Shown here in pieces: positions 49,492-57,877 of a DNA stretch of 64,000 nucleotides (within the stretch, counting starts at the first letter, position 1; each line of letters opens with the position of its first letter). The translations under genes were made by a program, and so were the position numbers. The notes beneath the pieces were generated by a model that ran no database searches, was not told the DNA's origin, and was given only the letters and a program-made list of their open reading frames with translations. The stretch lies in sequence record PQ850608.1. The stretch is one strand, 5' to 3'. The DNA is from Escherichia phage HermannAdler_Bas98.

Positions 49492-49809
49492 ATGATTTAC
49501 TTAGGAATGGACGAAGATGCGCACAAAGACCTTTCAAGGGTGCCAAACGTTAAGTTAGACACAGCCGTACACATCAAGCCTTGGCCAATCGTCCACCCAA
49601 ACGTAGTTGTACCAGTCGCGCCTGGCACGCGTTACGTGGCCATTGATGACGACGGAGTCATTCACTGTTATTCGGAAAAACCAAAGTACATAGAGCAATA
49701 TCACGGTTGGTTCTTGGATGAGCGTGCAATGGCGCGTTACTGCGGCGAAGTCGGTCTGGAAGGCTGGGGATTCAAGGCTAGTGAATCGTGTGTCGAGGTG
49801 CAATTATGA
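49492..49809 (+). CDS. hypothetical protein
   Basis: GAGGTGA RBS. Confidence 0.5.
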   Translation: MIYLGMDEDAHKDLSRVPNVKLDTAVHIKPWPIVHPNVVVPVAPGTRYVAIDDDGVIHCYSEKPKYIEQYHGWFLDERAMARYCGEVGLEGWGFKASESCVEVQL

Positions 49810-50024
49810 ATGCCGCGCTGGGTAAGCTGTCTTTCAACAAGCGTAATGAGCTGAGAATGGTGTCGCGCTTTCAACAAACATATTCATCACTAATAAAGAT
49901 TACAAATAAGGCCGACTCTCGTGTTTGCTCTAAAGAAGAATGGGAAGAATTGAACGAGCGTCGTAAACAATTACAACATGCCGCATTCAAGCTGCAGCAA
50001 TATGCTATGGAGTATGCAAAATGA
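49806..50024 (+). CDS. hypothetical protein
   Basis: ATGA overlap. Confidence 0.45.
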   Translation: MNAALGKLSFNKRNELRMVSRFQQTYSSLIKITNKADSRVCSKEEWEELNERRKQLQHAAFKLQQYAMEYAK

Positions 50025-50305
50025 AGATGCAAAGATGTCCCCATTGCTTGTCCACGATGCAGCTTACTGCTGAAGAATATTTACATCACGTTAACGTTTG
50101 TGAGGCTAATCCTGAAAACTCGACGCGTTACTATTATCATTATCACGCAGAAGCGGAAGATGGATCAGGCGCAACAGGCATCGTCACCACTAAAGAAATG
50201 GTGATAACTAAAAAGGCATATGAAAGCTTGCTGGAGACGATTAAAGAAGTTTCTGGCAAAGAAATCACCTGTATTAAATCTTTATCTTTCTTGCACGAGG
50301 TATAA
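50021..50305 (+). CDS. small protein with N-terminal Cys/His zinc-finger-like module (paralogue A)
   Basis: MKMQRCPHCLSTMQL..EEYLHHVNVCEANPEN. Confidence 0.5.
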   Translation: MKMQRCPHCLSTMQLTAEEYLHHVNVCEANPENSTRYYYHYHAEAEDGSGATGIVTTKEMVITKKAYESLLETIKEVSGKEITCIKSLSFLHEV

Positions 50306-50306
50306 A

Positions 50307-50690
50307 ATGAGAATGAAGCGTTGCCCTTACTGCCACGATGTGATGCATCTTCCACACGAAGAGTTTGTGCAGCACATGACTAACTGTGATAAGAATCCTA
50401 ATAGCGAAAGCCAACTTGAAGAAAGAATGTTTCTTGTGTCATTCAAAGCTTCTGCTTATGAAGTGCAACGGGCTTACGGCGCACCAAGTACGATTTACTG
50501 TCCAACAACATTGAGAAGCGACATCGACTCAATTCAGCTTGCGGCCTGGATTAACGTTAAGGAAGGCATCACGCCGCACTTTATTGCGCGCATCCAATCT
50601 CAGATTCTACAAATGAAGCGCGAATACAACCGTGACATCACTGAAGTGAAGGTGCTGTCTATCACGCCGATGAATAAGGAGTTGCCGTGA
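50307..50690 (+). CDS. small protein with N-terminal Cys/His zinc-finger-like module (paralogue B)
   Basis: MRMKRCPYCHDVMHL..EEFVQHMTNCDKNPNS; same module as 50021-50305 with different C-terminus. Confidence 0.5.
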   Translation: MRMKRCPYCHDVMHLPHEEFVQHMTNCDKNPNSESQLEERMFLVSFKASAYEVQRAYGAPSTIYCPTTLRSDIDSIQLAAWINVKEGITPHFIARIQSQILQMKREYNRDITEVKVLSITPMNKELP

Positions 50691-50947
50691 ACAAGGGTCC
50701 GATGACTAAGTTAGCCGTTGCCGCGCGGAAGCTTCGACAAGCCGTTAATGGGTCGCGGCCCGTGGCGTTAACACTCGACGATGCAAAGGCACTGGTAGAG
50801 CTACTCGACGAGCACAACCGACGCAAGAATCTGGAGAACACATTACGCTGGCGCGTTACTCCGAAAGGGCGGGAGAGCGAAAAGAAAGCTTACTTGCGGC
50901 GCAAACTAAGGTCGGTCGGCCTTCACGAAGAGGCGAAGAATATTTAA
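50687..50947 (+). CDS. hypothetical basic protein
   Basis: AAGGAG RBS before GTG 50687. Confidence 0.45.
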   Translation: MNKGPMTKLAVAARKLRQAVNGSRPVALTLDDAKALVELLDEHNRRKNLENTLRWRVTPKGRESEKKAYLRRKLRSVGLHEEAKNI

Positions 50948-51019
50948 TTCAAAAAGGTGAGCTAAATGCTTGCCTTTTTATTTGCCTGTATTATACTTAG
51001 TTCATCAAGCAAAGGAGAA
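50946..51019 (+). promoter_or_regulatory. repeated promoter cassette copy 2
   Basis: Same 30-mer as 49411-49440; TTGCCT - 16 nt - TATACT. Confidence 0.55.
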
Positions 51020-51328
51020 ATGATTATGAGTTACGACGAAAGGTTTGGCAGAAGCGGATTATTTCATGACGCTGTACACAAAGACAGCAAAGATGTTGTC
51101 TGCGCATTCAAGGTTGATTCTTACGGTACGCTGAAACCATTTAAGGTCGGCGAAACATACAAGCTGTTTCACGGATGGTTGACGCGTCGCAACAACTTGC
51201 CTGACATGGAAGTCTGGTGGATAGAATACAAGGGTCAGGCTCATCGTTGCAAGGTTGTAGAGGTGCGCGGCGTGGAATACTATCAATCTGTTATCAGCGG
51301 CTTTGTTTTTAAAGAGGGTGAGCTATGA
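51020..51328 (+). CDS. hypothetical protein
   Basis: AAGGAG RBS. Confidence 0.5.
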   Translation: MIMSYDERFGRSGLFHDAVHKDSKDVVCAFKVDSYGTLKPFKVGETYKLFHGWLTRRNNLPDMEVWWIEYKGQAHRCKVVEVRGVEYYQSVISGFVFKEGEL

Positions 51329-51510
51329 GTACCGAAGTCCACAACGCATCAGCCTTGGTCAGCTTTTACCGTAACAAAGGCGTGTCACTCGTTAAAACGC
51401 CGCAAGGCATGCTGTTCTTTGGCACGCGCTTCCTTAAGGCTTCGGAGCGTGAAACGCTGTCCAAGTTCGACCAGAAAACATTACACGCAGTTTGGAGAAG
51501 ACAACCATGA
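51325..51510 (+). CDS. hypothetical protein
   Basis: ATGA overlap. Confidence 0.4.
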   Translation: MSTEVHNASALVSFYRNKGVSLVKTPQGMLFFGTRFLKASERETLSKFDQKTLHAVWRRQP

Positions 51511-51743
51511 CATCCAACCTTAAGGCCCGTTTATTATTCATCAAGCCGCATGTGCCGTATAAGATTAGTAAGCGCACCTGGCTTAACATTTACAACCGCA
51601 GCGGCGACCGTTGTTTGTACAAGGCGAAGCGGCGCAAGAAGGTATATTTAAAGGCTGTGATGTCGCAGCCAGTCGATGCATTCATCGTCGGCGAAAATGA
51701 ATTATCAATCGGCTATCAAATTGAACTCGGAGTAAAGAAATGA
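51507..51743 (+). CDS. hypothetical basic protein
   Basis: ATGA overlap. Confidence 0.45.
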   Translation: MTSNLKARLLFIKPHVPYKISKRTWLNIYNRSGDRCLYKAKRRKKVYLKAVMSQPVDAFIVGENELSIGYQIELGVKK

Positions 51744-52243
51744 AAATCGAACAACTCGAAGCAGTATTGGAAATGGCTGTTAAAGCAGGCGCAATCAAAA
51801 GCTGGCATCGCGAGAAGTCGGATGACGCCGCGCACTTTTGTCGCAACTTCTATATCGTTGGCAACCTTAATGACCACTACACCATCGAGTGGTATACTAA
51901 TATGATGACGCTTAAGTCGCGCACCATGGAGCTTTGGTGCAATGACATTTGCTTATCCAACACTCATCCATCCTACGACGTGGCATTGGCATTCTATTAC
52001 GGAAGTCATCAACCAGTAGCCCACATTGGTGAGAAGCACGAACACCTGAAGGCGGGACCAGAAGATTCAATGGAAGGTTGGATTGAATGGTCTGGCGGCA
52101 AGAATCCGGTGCCTGGTAAAAAGGTCATGTTGATGTGGAGGAATGGCGCAAAGTCATCATACGCTTTCAATTCAAAAGGATACATATGGACTCACGACGG
52201 AAGCACCCATGACATCATTGCTTATCGCGTCGTGGAGGAATAA
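51740..52243 (+). CDS. hypothetical protein sharing a C-terminal module with 53125-53550
   Basis: C-terminal W..GG.NPVPGK.V......G..S...W.......I.AYRVV.E shared with 53125-53550. Confidence 0.55.
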   Translation: MKIEQLEAVLEMAVKAGAIKSWHREKSDDAAHFCRNFYIVGNLNDHYTIEWYTNMMTLKSRTMELWCNDICLSNTHPSYDVALAFYYGSHQPVAHIGEKHEHLKAGPEDSMEGWIEWSGGKNPVPGKKVMLMWRNGAKSSYAFNSKGYIWTHDGSTHDIIAYRVVEE

Positions 52244-52584
52244 TGGAAGAGCAAGAAGGCCGTGAGCTAACGTTCGATGAACAGATGGCCGAACTTCAGC
52301 GCACATCGCCGCTGCGCGGTAAGGTTGTTGACATCGAGGCAAGCGAATCCAACCTCACCCAGTGGCGGCTCATGTGCACCAGCGCAGGCAAAGAGTTGTC
52401 AAGCTTCAAAGTCGGTCAGTCTTATTTGCTTTATGAGGCAAAAGGACTTATTATTGATGGAAGGCAAATCGTCTTCACTGTAGTCAGCGGAATGCGTTGG
52501 TTCGTGAAGCGTGATGTCGAGGGTCGTGACATGTTTGTCGCAGGCTTTCCAGAAACAAGATTCCAATTGGAGAAGGTTAAATGA
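52243..52584 (+). CDS. hypothetical protein
   Basis: ATG overlapping upstream TAA. Confidence 0.5.
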   Translation: MEEQEGRELTFDEQMAELQRTSPLRGKVVDIEASESNLTQWRLMCTSAGKELSSFKVGQSYLLYEAKGLIIDGRQIVFTVVSGMRWFVKRDVEGRDMFVAGFPETRFQLEKVK

Positions 52585-52913
52585 AATTGAAATGGTATGT
52601 GGACCCTGAGCCGACAGGCTCATACAGGTCATTCCAACGTCGCGGCTGGCCGATTTGTTACAGCGGCAATCCCGATAAAGAAGACTGCGAGGTGCTTGCC
52701 GCGATAGTAAGTCTTAATCATGACGGCTATGAAGGCCACTACGCGAGAGCAACCAACCTTCGTCTCAAGGTGCGCATCCATTTCAAGGTCGCAGGCGAGG
52801 ACCGCACCGGACTCTCCAAGGAAGAGTTCAGCAGCATTGCCGAAGCAAAGGCATGGCTCAAGGCGTTCTACAAGAACAATCCTAAATTTTATCCAACTAA
52901 GGGTGCATTATGA
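52581..52913 (+). CDS. hypothetical protein
   Basis: ATGA overlap. Confidence 0.5.
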   Translation: MKLKWYVDPEPTGSYRSFQRRGWPICYSGNPDKEDCEVLAAIVSLNHDGYEGHYARATNLRLKVRIHFKVAGEDRTGLSKEEFSSIAEAKAWLKAFYKNNPKFYPTKGAL

Positions 52914-53128
52914 CCGATAATCAATACGCAGTCGGGCAACGTGACATCGAGCAACTCGACGAGGGCGGCTATTATACGCGCCACATCTATGCCATGACTC
53001 ATGAAGGACTTTACAGCAAGTCGGACATCGCCGCTGAACTGGCCCATCGTGACTTGCAAATTGACCTTCTCAAGATAGAAATTCAAAACTTACGCAACAC
53101 CCTGTTAAACACCTGGAGCTTAAAATGA
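52910..53128 (+). CDS. hypothetical protein
   Basis: ATGA overlap. Confidence 0.45.
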   Translation: MTDNQYAVGQRDIEQLDEGGYYTRHIYAMTHEGLYSKSDIAAELAHRDLQIDLLKIEIQNLRNTLLNTWSLK

Positions 53129-53550
53129 TACAGCGTTACGACCTGACATATGACGTGGCATCAGACGATTTCGCCGTCACTCCCGTTCCAGAAAGTCATG
53201 AAGGACGTTTTGTTGCATATGAGGACTATGAATCACTACTCAAGCTTAATGAGTCGCTAACAAAAGAGATTGAGCAATACCGCGAGCGCATCAAAGCCGC
53301 TGAAGATGTTATCAAGCTTTTTAGCGAGGCTGTTGAGAAATACAAGGAGCGCAACGTGCCGATTAAGGAGGAAGCGTGGACCGTGTGGTTTGGTGGCGTG
53401 AATCCGGTGCCTGGGAAGATGGTTGAGTTTGAATTACTCAACGGTTATAAATCAAAAGGTGCTGTTCCTTCGGATAGTTTGACATGGGATAAAGTCACAA
53501 GCCCGACTGGTGCAAAGATTGTTGCTTATCGGGTCGTTAAGGAGGGGTGA
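53125..53550 (+). CDS. hypothetical protein sharing a C-terminal module with 51740-52243
   Basis: Coiled-coil N-terminus; same C-terminal NPVPGK...AYRVV module. Confidence 0.55.
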   Translation: MIQRYDLTYDVASDDFAVTPVPESHEGRFVAYEDYESLLKLNESLTKEIEQYRERIKAAEDVIKLFSEAVEKYKERNVPIKEEAWTVWFGGVNPVPGKMVEFELLNGYKSKGAVPSDSLTWDKVTSPTGAKIVAYRVVKEG

Positions 53551-53999
53551 TGGGTAACAAGCTTATCGCCGCTGGTTGGGCCATACCGAAGTGGGCTCAT
53601 CGTGCGCACTACTTTGATGAAGGAGAAGTGCAAAGCCTTTGCGGTCGCGCAACATACTTTGGTGATGAGCGCGTCAGCGGCGATTACATCGACTCGCTTT
53701 TAGGCAAAGGTGATTGCAAGAAATGTCAGGATATATTAAGAGATATTCTAACGCAAAAAGGACTGCTTGAGCTTGATGAGTCGGAGGAAGTAATAGAGCT
53801 TAAGCTTGAAGCCAATCACCTTATTAATATGTTCAAGAATTATTACTCAACGAATATGCGCTCAAAGATGCGTGAGGAAGTAATAAAAGAGGTGCTCACT
53901 TACAATCCGTTAAGGATGAATAAAACTAAACTGAAGAAGTTTAATGCAATAGTAAGAAAGGAATTTAGACGGCTTGGAGTGAAGAATTTTATATTTTAA
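53547..53999 (+). CDS. hypothetical protein
   Basis: Last gene of + strand operon; followed by terminator. Confidence 0.5.
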   Translation: MMGNKLIAAGWAIPKWAHRAHYFDEGEVQSLCGRATYFGDERVSGDYIDSLLGKGDCKKCQDILRDILTQKGLLELDESEEVIELKLEANHLINMFKNYYSTNMRSKMREEVIKEVLTYNPLRMNKTKLKKFNAIVRKEFRRLGVKNFIF

Positions 54000-54016
54000 T
54001 TATGATTAATGTTAAG

Positions 54017-54037
54017 AGGGCCGATTGGCCCTTTTTA
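54017..54037 (+). terminator. rho-independent terminator
   Basis: GGGCC-GATT-GGCCC hairpin followed by TTTTT; then TTTGCCT resembling cassette -35. Confidence 0.55.
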
Positions 54038-54529
54038 TTTGCCTGTGTAATGGGAGGCTTTTGTGGTTATTTACGATTCAAGGCTGTAATTTAAGAGAGC
54101 GAAAATATTATAATAATTTATCAAGATTATTGCATATTGTGGCAATCAACGTTTATACGTATTTATGACAGTTTAATCCACTAAATAATACGGATAGAAC
54201 AGTGAGGAAAATACAGCGGTGTATTTTAGTGTAAATATTGAATCAAAAATAAATAATTATGGTGCTATTATATACGCAGATTGTTTGTAATTTATAGGAT
54301 ATTTTATCGTGGAGTATTGGCTAACGGTGCGTTAGCCGTGGGTCTTGGTGCTTGTGGTGTTGATGCTCAGAATTTTAATAATGTTTTTAGTTTTAGTAAT
54401 CGTAGTCAATGATGATACGTATAAGAAAATGAGAGTCACCCCTTCACAGGATATTGTACCGTGGCCCTGTGGTGCGCCGCGCCTGGGATTGCTGGTATAC
54501 ACTGGTGCTATTTTGCCGCGAAGGCAGTC

Positions 54530-54790
54530 ATTCATACGTATCATGACGTATCATTGGGCTATTGATTTATAAGGAAAAATACGCTGATACGGATGATACG
54601 GGTGCAAACATAATATATATAGAATTCCAGAAAATTAATTAACTCCATTTTGAATTAATTTAAATTAATTTTTTTCTACATCCTCATACTTATACTAAAC
54701 TTATATTCATACGTATCATCCGTAAGATATAAGTAAAAACAAGGACTTGCGGCAATACGGATGATACGTCATGATACGCTTCGACCAGCC
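54530..54790. repeat. iteron / AT-rich module B (homologous to 2205-2480)
   Basis: CATACGTATCATGACGTATCAT, GATACGGATGATACG, AT-rich core with GAATTC and AATTAATTTAAATTAATTTTTTT, then CATACGTATCATCCGTA and AATACGGATGATACGTCATGATACG. Confidence 0.7.
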
Positions 54791-54943
54791 AGCAGCGGCT
54801 AAGTCATTGATTTGCATAGCAAGCGGCGAAAGGGATGGATTTCTTTTATACGTATCAAACAGTACACCACGCACCACGGTCCGCAATCCTATTTGCAATA
54901 TGATTTGTGTACGTTTATAGCCATAATGAACATCAATCTGCAC

Positions 54944-54972
54944 TTGAATATAATGTCCATCCATTGTATAAT
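54944..54972 (+). promoter_or_regulatory. sigma70-type promoter candidate
   Basis: TTGAAT - 17 nt - TATAAT. Confidence 0.45.
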
Positions 54973-54992
54973 TCACACTATTAATTTGCACT

Positions 54993-55481
54993 ATGGGATT
55001 TTGCACTATGAGTCAAGATTATGTAGCGATGCCTGAAGACTTTGAAGACCCGCGATTCGCAGAGCACAATCAGGCTTTATTCGATGAGTTCATTGACCTT
55101 GTTATTCAGGGTCATGACATGCGCGCAGCTTTTGCACTAGTATTTGGAATGGAAGTTGCAACGGATAACTACACTGGCCAGCGAATCCTTTGCACGCAAC
55201 GCAATCCATACTACAAGATGCGCTTCAAAAAGCGTATGGAAGAGATGCCACTCAAGGATTTGTGGAGCGTAAAAGGTGCAATTCACAATTTGGTCAAGCT
55301 TGTGCGTGATCCAGAAGTCGCGGCGTCAGCCAAGCTTAATGCTATTCGTGAACTGAATATCATCTACGGCATCACGATGATTGATGAAAACGGCAATAGT
55401 AAAATGGGCCGTTCTATGGACGATTTCTACAAGGATTTTGGAGAGGCTGCCAAAGAAGGAGAGCAATTCTCCCGCCACTAG
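54993..55481 (+). CDS. hypothetical protein (possible helix-turn-helix; terminase small subunit-like)
   Basis: 162 aa ORF; no Shine-Dalgarno; the repeat motif TTTGCACTATG lies on its start region; functional call speculative. Confidence 0.4.
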   Translation: MGFCTMSQDYVAMPEDFEDPRFAEHNQALFDEFIDLVIQGHDMRAAFALVFGMEVATDNYTGQRILCTQRNPYYKMRFKKRMEEMPLKDLWSVKGAIHNLVKLVRDPEVAASAKLNAIRELNIIYGITMIDENGNSKMGRSMDDFYKDFGEAAKEGEQFSRH

Positions 55482-55500
55482 CCAATTTGCACTATAAAAC

Positions 55501-55534
55501 GGCCCTAGAACACATGTTCTCCACTTCTAGGGCC
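55501..55534 (+). terminator. stem-loop (possible terminator)
   Basis: GGCCCTAGAA - 14 nt - TTCTAGGGCC; no T tract. Confidence 0.35.
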
Positions 55535-55595
55535 ATCGGTAATACGACGGGGAAGGTCGCACCCATAAACGCGTTAGAAAGTGTATTATTATAAG

Positions 55596-55859
55596 TCATC
55601 TTTTAGTCGCTTTACGTAACAATTTACGACCTTCAACCGTCCAATCGAACGACTCCACCAGCAGATTCGCACTATAACCTAAGACGATGCGCCCTTTCTC
55701 GTTATCGACCCGCCAACAAGTCTCGAATAGCATTCGATTTGCACTATTAACTATTGCCGCAACGCGCGTAGGGTAAGCGCAATTTGCACTATGGTCGTAA
55801 AGGGATAAGGTGCGACCACTTCCGATGGACAATGTAGCGATGAGAATAAGCGTATTCAT
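55596..55859 (-). CDS. hypothetical protein (doubtful ORF within repeat array)
   Basis: 87 aa ORF with GGTGG RBS, but contains three motif copies (translated as SAN). Confidence 0.3.
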   Translation of the reverse strand: MNTLILIATLSIGSGRTLSLYDHSANCAYPTRVAAIVNSANRMLFETCWRVDNEKGRIVLGYSANLLVESFDWTVEGRKLLRKATKR

Positions 55860-55909
55860 AAGCCACCAATTTGCACTATGAAAAGCGACCCCGAAGGGCC
55901 GCCATTCGA

Positions 55910-56536
55910 TTAGATAATCTGGAAGGTGTAGGACTTGTTGCCGAACTCGAAGTTCAAGCGTCCAGCTTCTTTAAGCTTCATGCGGAAGCGAATGTGCTTG
56001 CTATCCGGTAATCCCAGCGCGGCGAAGGCTACGCGGACCGATTTGAACTCGCCTACACCCTCGACCATAACGCCGTTACGGGTGAGACGCTTTTGCGCCA
56101 CTTCCTTATTATCCCAACTTTTTGCAATACCTTCGCTATTCGAACGGCGATGGGAAGGAGTTCCATTTTGCACTACGCAATTTGCACTATCGTTTAAGCC
56201 GCTCTTAACGAAGGCTTCATACTCTTCATCGCTCATCGCGTCGAGTTCTTCCTGGGTCGGCTCAGCCTTTTTAACGACCGCACGCGCCTTATGCGTTTTT
56301 ACATCACTGGACACTTCCTCACGCGGCTTCGCGTCGGGAATGGGCGATTCGTTGGACGGCTCATCGAGCGCGTTTAAGGACTCGATTAACGCGATTACGC
56401 GAGTCTCGGCGGTCCGGCGGTCCGCAAATTTCTTAATCGGCTTCGAACCGGAATTTGCATTATAAAATGCAACGAGGTCGGCGGTCTTAGTTGCGATAAC
56501 GTCGCCGCTAGTAGAAAAGCGATTTAAGCTAACCAT
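55910..56536 (-). CDS. hypothetical protein (candidate DNA-binding protein of the island)
   Basis: 208 aa; RBS context AGGAGTTTATTATGG identical to the next gene; two motif copies inside coding sequence. Confidence 0.5.
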   Translation of the reverse strand: MVSLNRFSTSGDVIATKTADLVAFYNANSGSKPIKKFADRRTAETRVIALIESLNALDEPSNESPIPDAKPREEVSSDVKTHKARAVVKKAEPTQEELDAMSDEEYEAFVKSGLNDSANCVVQNGTPSHRRSNSEGIAKSWDNKEVAQKRLTRNGVMVEGVGEFKSVRVAFAALGLPDSKHIRFRMKLKEAGRLNFEFGNKSYTFQII

Positions 56537-56616
56537 AATAAACTCCTATTTGTTAGGGCGCTAGGCGCGAAAGAATTTTATTAAAGCGCCGCGCACGACG
56601 CTCTAAAAATCCTCTC

Positions 56617-56931
56617 TTACTCTTCGTCGTCTTCGATTAATTCGAGGGCGAAGGCGTAAGCTTTGCTATCGTAATTAACTAAAACGGCGAGTTCGAACTC
56701 GTTAATAAACGCCGTTTTACCGCATAAATTTAATTCCGCATCGACTTCGAAGAATCCGTTTTCGTCGCGCTCTAAGCGAGAAGCAGCGAGTTGCTCGATT
56801 ACCGTCGCGTCGTTAATTTCTTCGCCTAAGCGAACGCCGGAGAATTTCGCGAGAATTTCGCCGTAAGTAAGCGTAACGCCCTGGACTTCGGCGGCGGCGT
56901 TTTCGAGGGTAAAGCGGGTAACGATAGCCAT
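56617..56931 (-). CDS. small very acidic protein (104 aa)
   Basis: 22 Asp/Glu vs 7 Lys/Arg; AGGAGTTTATTATGG start context; C-ending codon bias distinct from neighbouring early genes. Confidence 0.6.
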   Translation of the reverse strand: MAIVTRFTLENAAAEVQGVTLTYGEILAKFSGVRLGEEINDATVIEQLAASRLERDENGFFEVDAELNLCGKTAFINEFELAVLVNYDSKAYAFALELIEDDEE

Positions 56932-56999
56932 AATAAACTCCTAGTTGGGAGAGGCGTTAACGACCTATTCGTTAACTCATCCCGTCCCGATATGAGTAC

Positions 57000-57027
57000 A
57001 TTATAATATAGTGTAGAAAAAAGTAAA
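57000..57027 (-). promoter_or_regulatory. promoter cassette copy (minus strand) driving 56617-56931
   Basis: Minus strand reads GTGCTTTACT - 16 nt - TATAAT ... ATATCGGGACGGG, matching the two plus-strand cassettes. Confidence 0.5.
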
Positions 57028-57071
57028 GCACTTTTTCGATAAAAATGCGATAAATTATTTTATCTTTTTTC

Positions 57072-57099
57072 TTTACTTCTTCGTACACTCGCGTATACT
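57072..57099 (+). promoter_or_regulatory. promoter cassette copy driving 57156-57458
   Basis: CTTTACTTCTTCGTACACT ... TATACT (16 nt spacer) ... TTTATATCGAGACGGG. Confidence 0.5.
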
Positions 57100-57155
57100 T
57101 GTTTATATCGAGACGGGCGATGGCCCTTTCTTCTACTAGCATCGGGAGCTTTATT

Positions 57156-57458
57156 ATGACTACTTTAATCTCTTCCATCCTTACTTACGACGAAGACCGC
57201 TTAACCGTTCGCTCTCTTATCGCCGCCGTTAACGCGGAACTAGAATCTAGCGCCATTAAGGTCCGCGCGGTCGCCTTCATCGGCCTTTCCTTCGACGATA
57301 TGAAGTATGCCGAACGTAGCGCCATCCGCTTCGCGAAGACCGACGACGAAGCCGTTACCCTTATCGAGACGGTTACGCCGCGCGGCGAAGCGTTAATTAT
57401 CGTCGAGTATATCGACGTAGAAGGCGATAAATCTTATAAACATTTTATCGCAGAATAA
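57156..57458 (+). CDS. small acidic protein (100 aa)
   Basis: 18 Asp/Glu vs 11 Lys/Arg; C-ending codon bias. Confidence 0.6.
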   Translation: MTTLISSILTYDEDRLTVRSLIAAVNAELESSAIKVRAVAFIGLSFDDMKYAERSAIRFAKTDDEAVTLIETVTPRGEALIIVEYIDVEGDKSYKHFIAE

Positions 57459-57470
57459 CGAAAAAAGTGC

Positions 57471-57499
57471 TTTACTTCTTCGTACACTAAGACTATAAT
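57471..57499 (+). promoter_or_regulatory. promoter cassette copy driving 57567-57857
   Basis: GTGCTTTACTTCTTCGTACACT ... TATAAT (17 nt spacer) ... TTTATATCGAGAGGGG. Confidence 0.55.
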
Positions 57500-57566
57500 G
57501 TTTTATATCGAGAGGGGATGAGGTAGCGAATAGGTCACTACCCTCCCGACTAACTAGGAGAATATT

Positions 57567-57857
57567 ATGATTACTTTAGCCGCTATCCGTTCCGCTCGCG
57601 TCGAAACTTCCGAAAACTCTAACGTATTTGGCGAAAAACTTAAAAACGTTTATCTCTTTAACGTAGATGCGACTATCGAGGAGCTTCACAGTCCTATCGA
57701 TTTTAGCGAATTTACGGAACTCGAAGAGGAAGATATTTCTACCTTCCGCGTTACTATCGAAGGCAAGGTTTATTTTGCTACGGAGTTCGGCGGCGAATAT
57801 CTCGCGGTATCCGAAGGCGAAGGCCGTTACTCTTTCTTTAAAATCGTTTCCTTATAA
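57567..57857 (+). CDS. small acidic protein (96 aa)
   Basis: 18 Asp/Glu vs 8 Lys/Arg; TAGGAG RBS. Confidence 0.6.
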   Translation: MITLAAIRSARVETSENSNVFGEKLKNVYLFNVDATIEELHSPIDFSEFTELEEEDISTFRVTIEGKVYFATEFGGEYLAVSEGEGRYSFFKIVSL

Positions 57858-57877
57858 TACCCTTCCGTTACTAATAG

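Larger units (their letters stand above)
54983..56463 (+). repeat. array of about ten same-orientation copies of AATTTGCACTAT
   Basis: Copies at 54983, 54999, 55484, 55664 (TTCGCACTAT), 55736, 55781, 55868, 56165 (CACTAC), 56179, 56452 (degenerate); irregular spacing; several inside minus-strand ORFs. Confidence 0.7.

Noticed and set aside
54040-54530. tRNA or small ORF (54345-54572) in the 0.5 kb gap
   Set aside because: No cloverleaf-compatible sequence or T-loop motif (GGTTCGA-like) found; the ORF is hydrophobic low-complexity with no RBS
54983-56463. Possible CRISPR array because of the repeated 12-mer
   Set aside because: Repeats are only 12 bp, irregularly spaced (13 to about 480 bp) and partly inside ORFs; no cas genes; not CRISPR-like
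55935-56465. 176 aa plus-strand ORF in the island
   Set aside because: Antisense to 55910-56536, which has a strong conserved RBS context; Ser/Arg/Leu-rich composition
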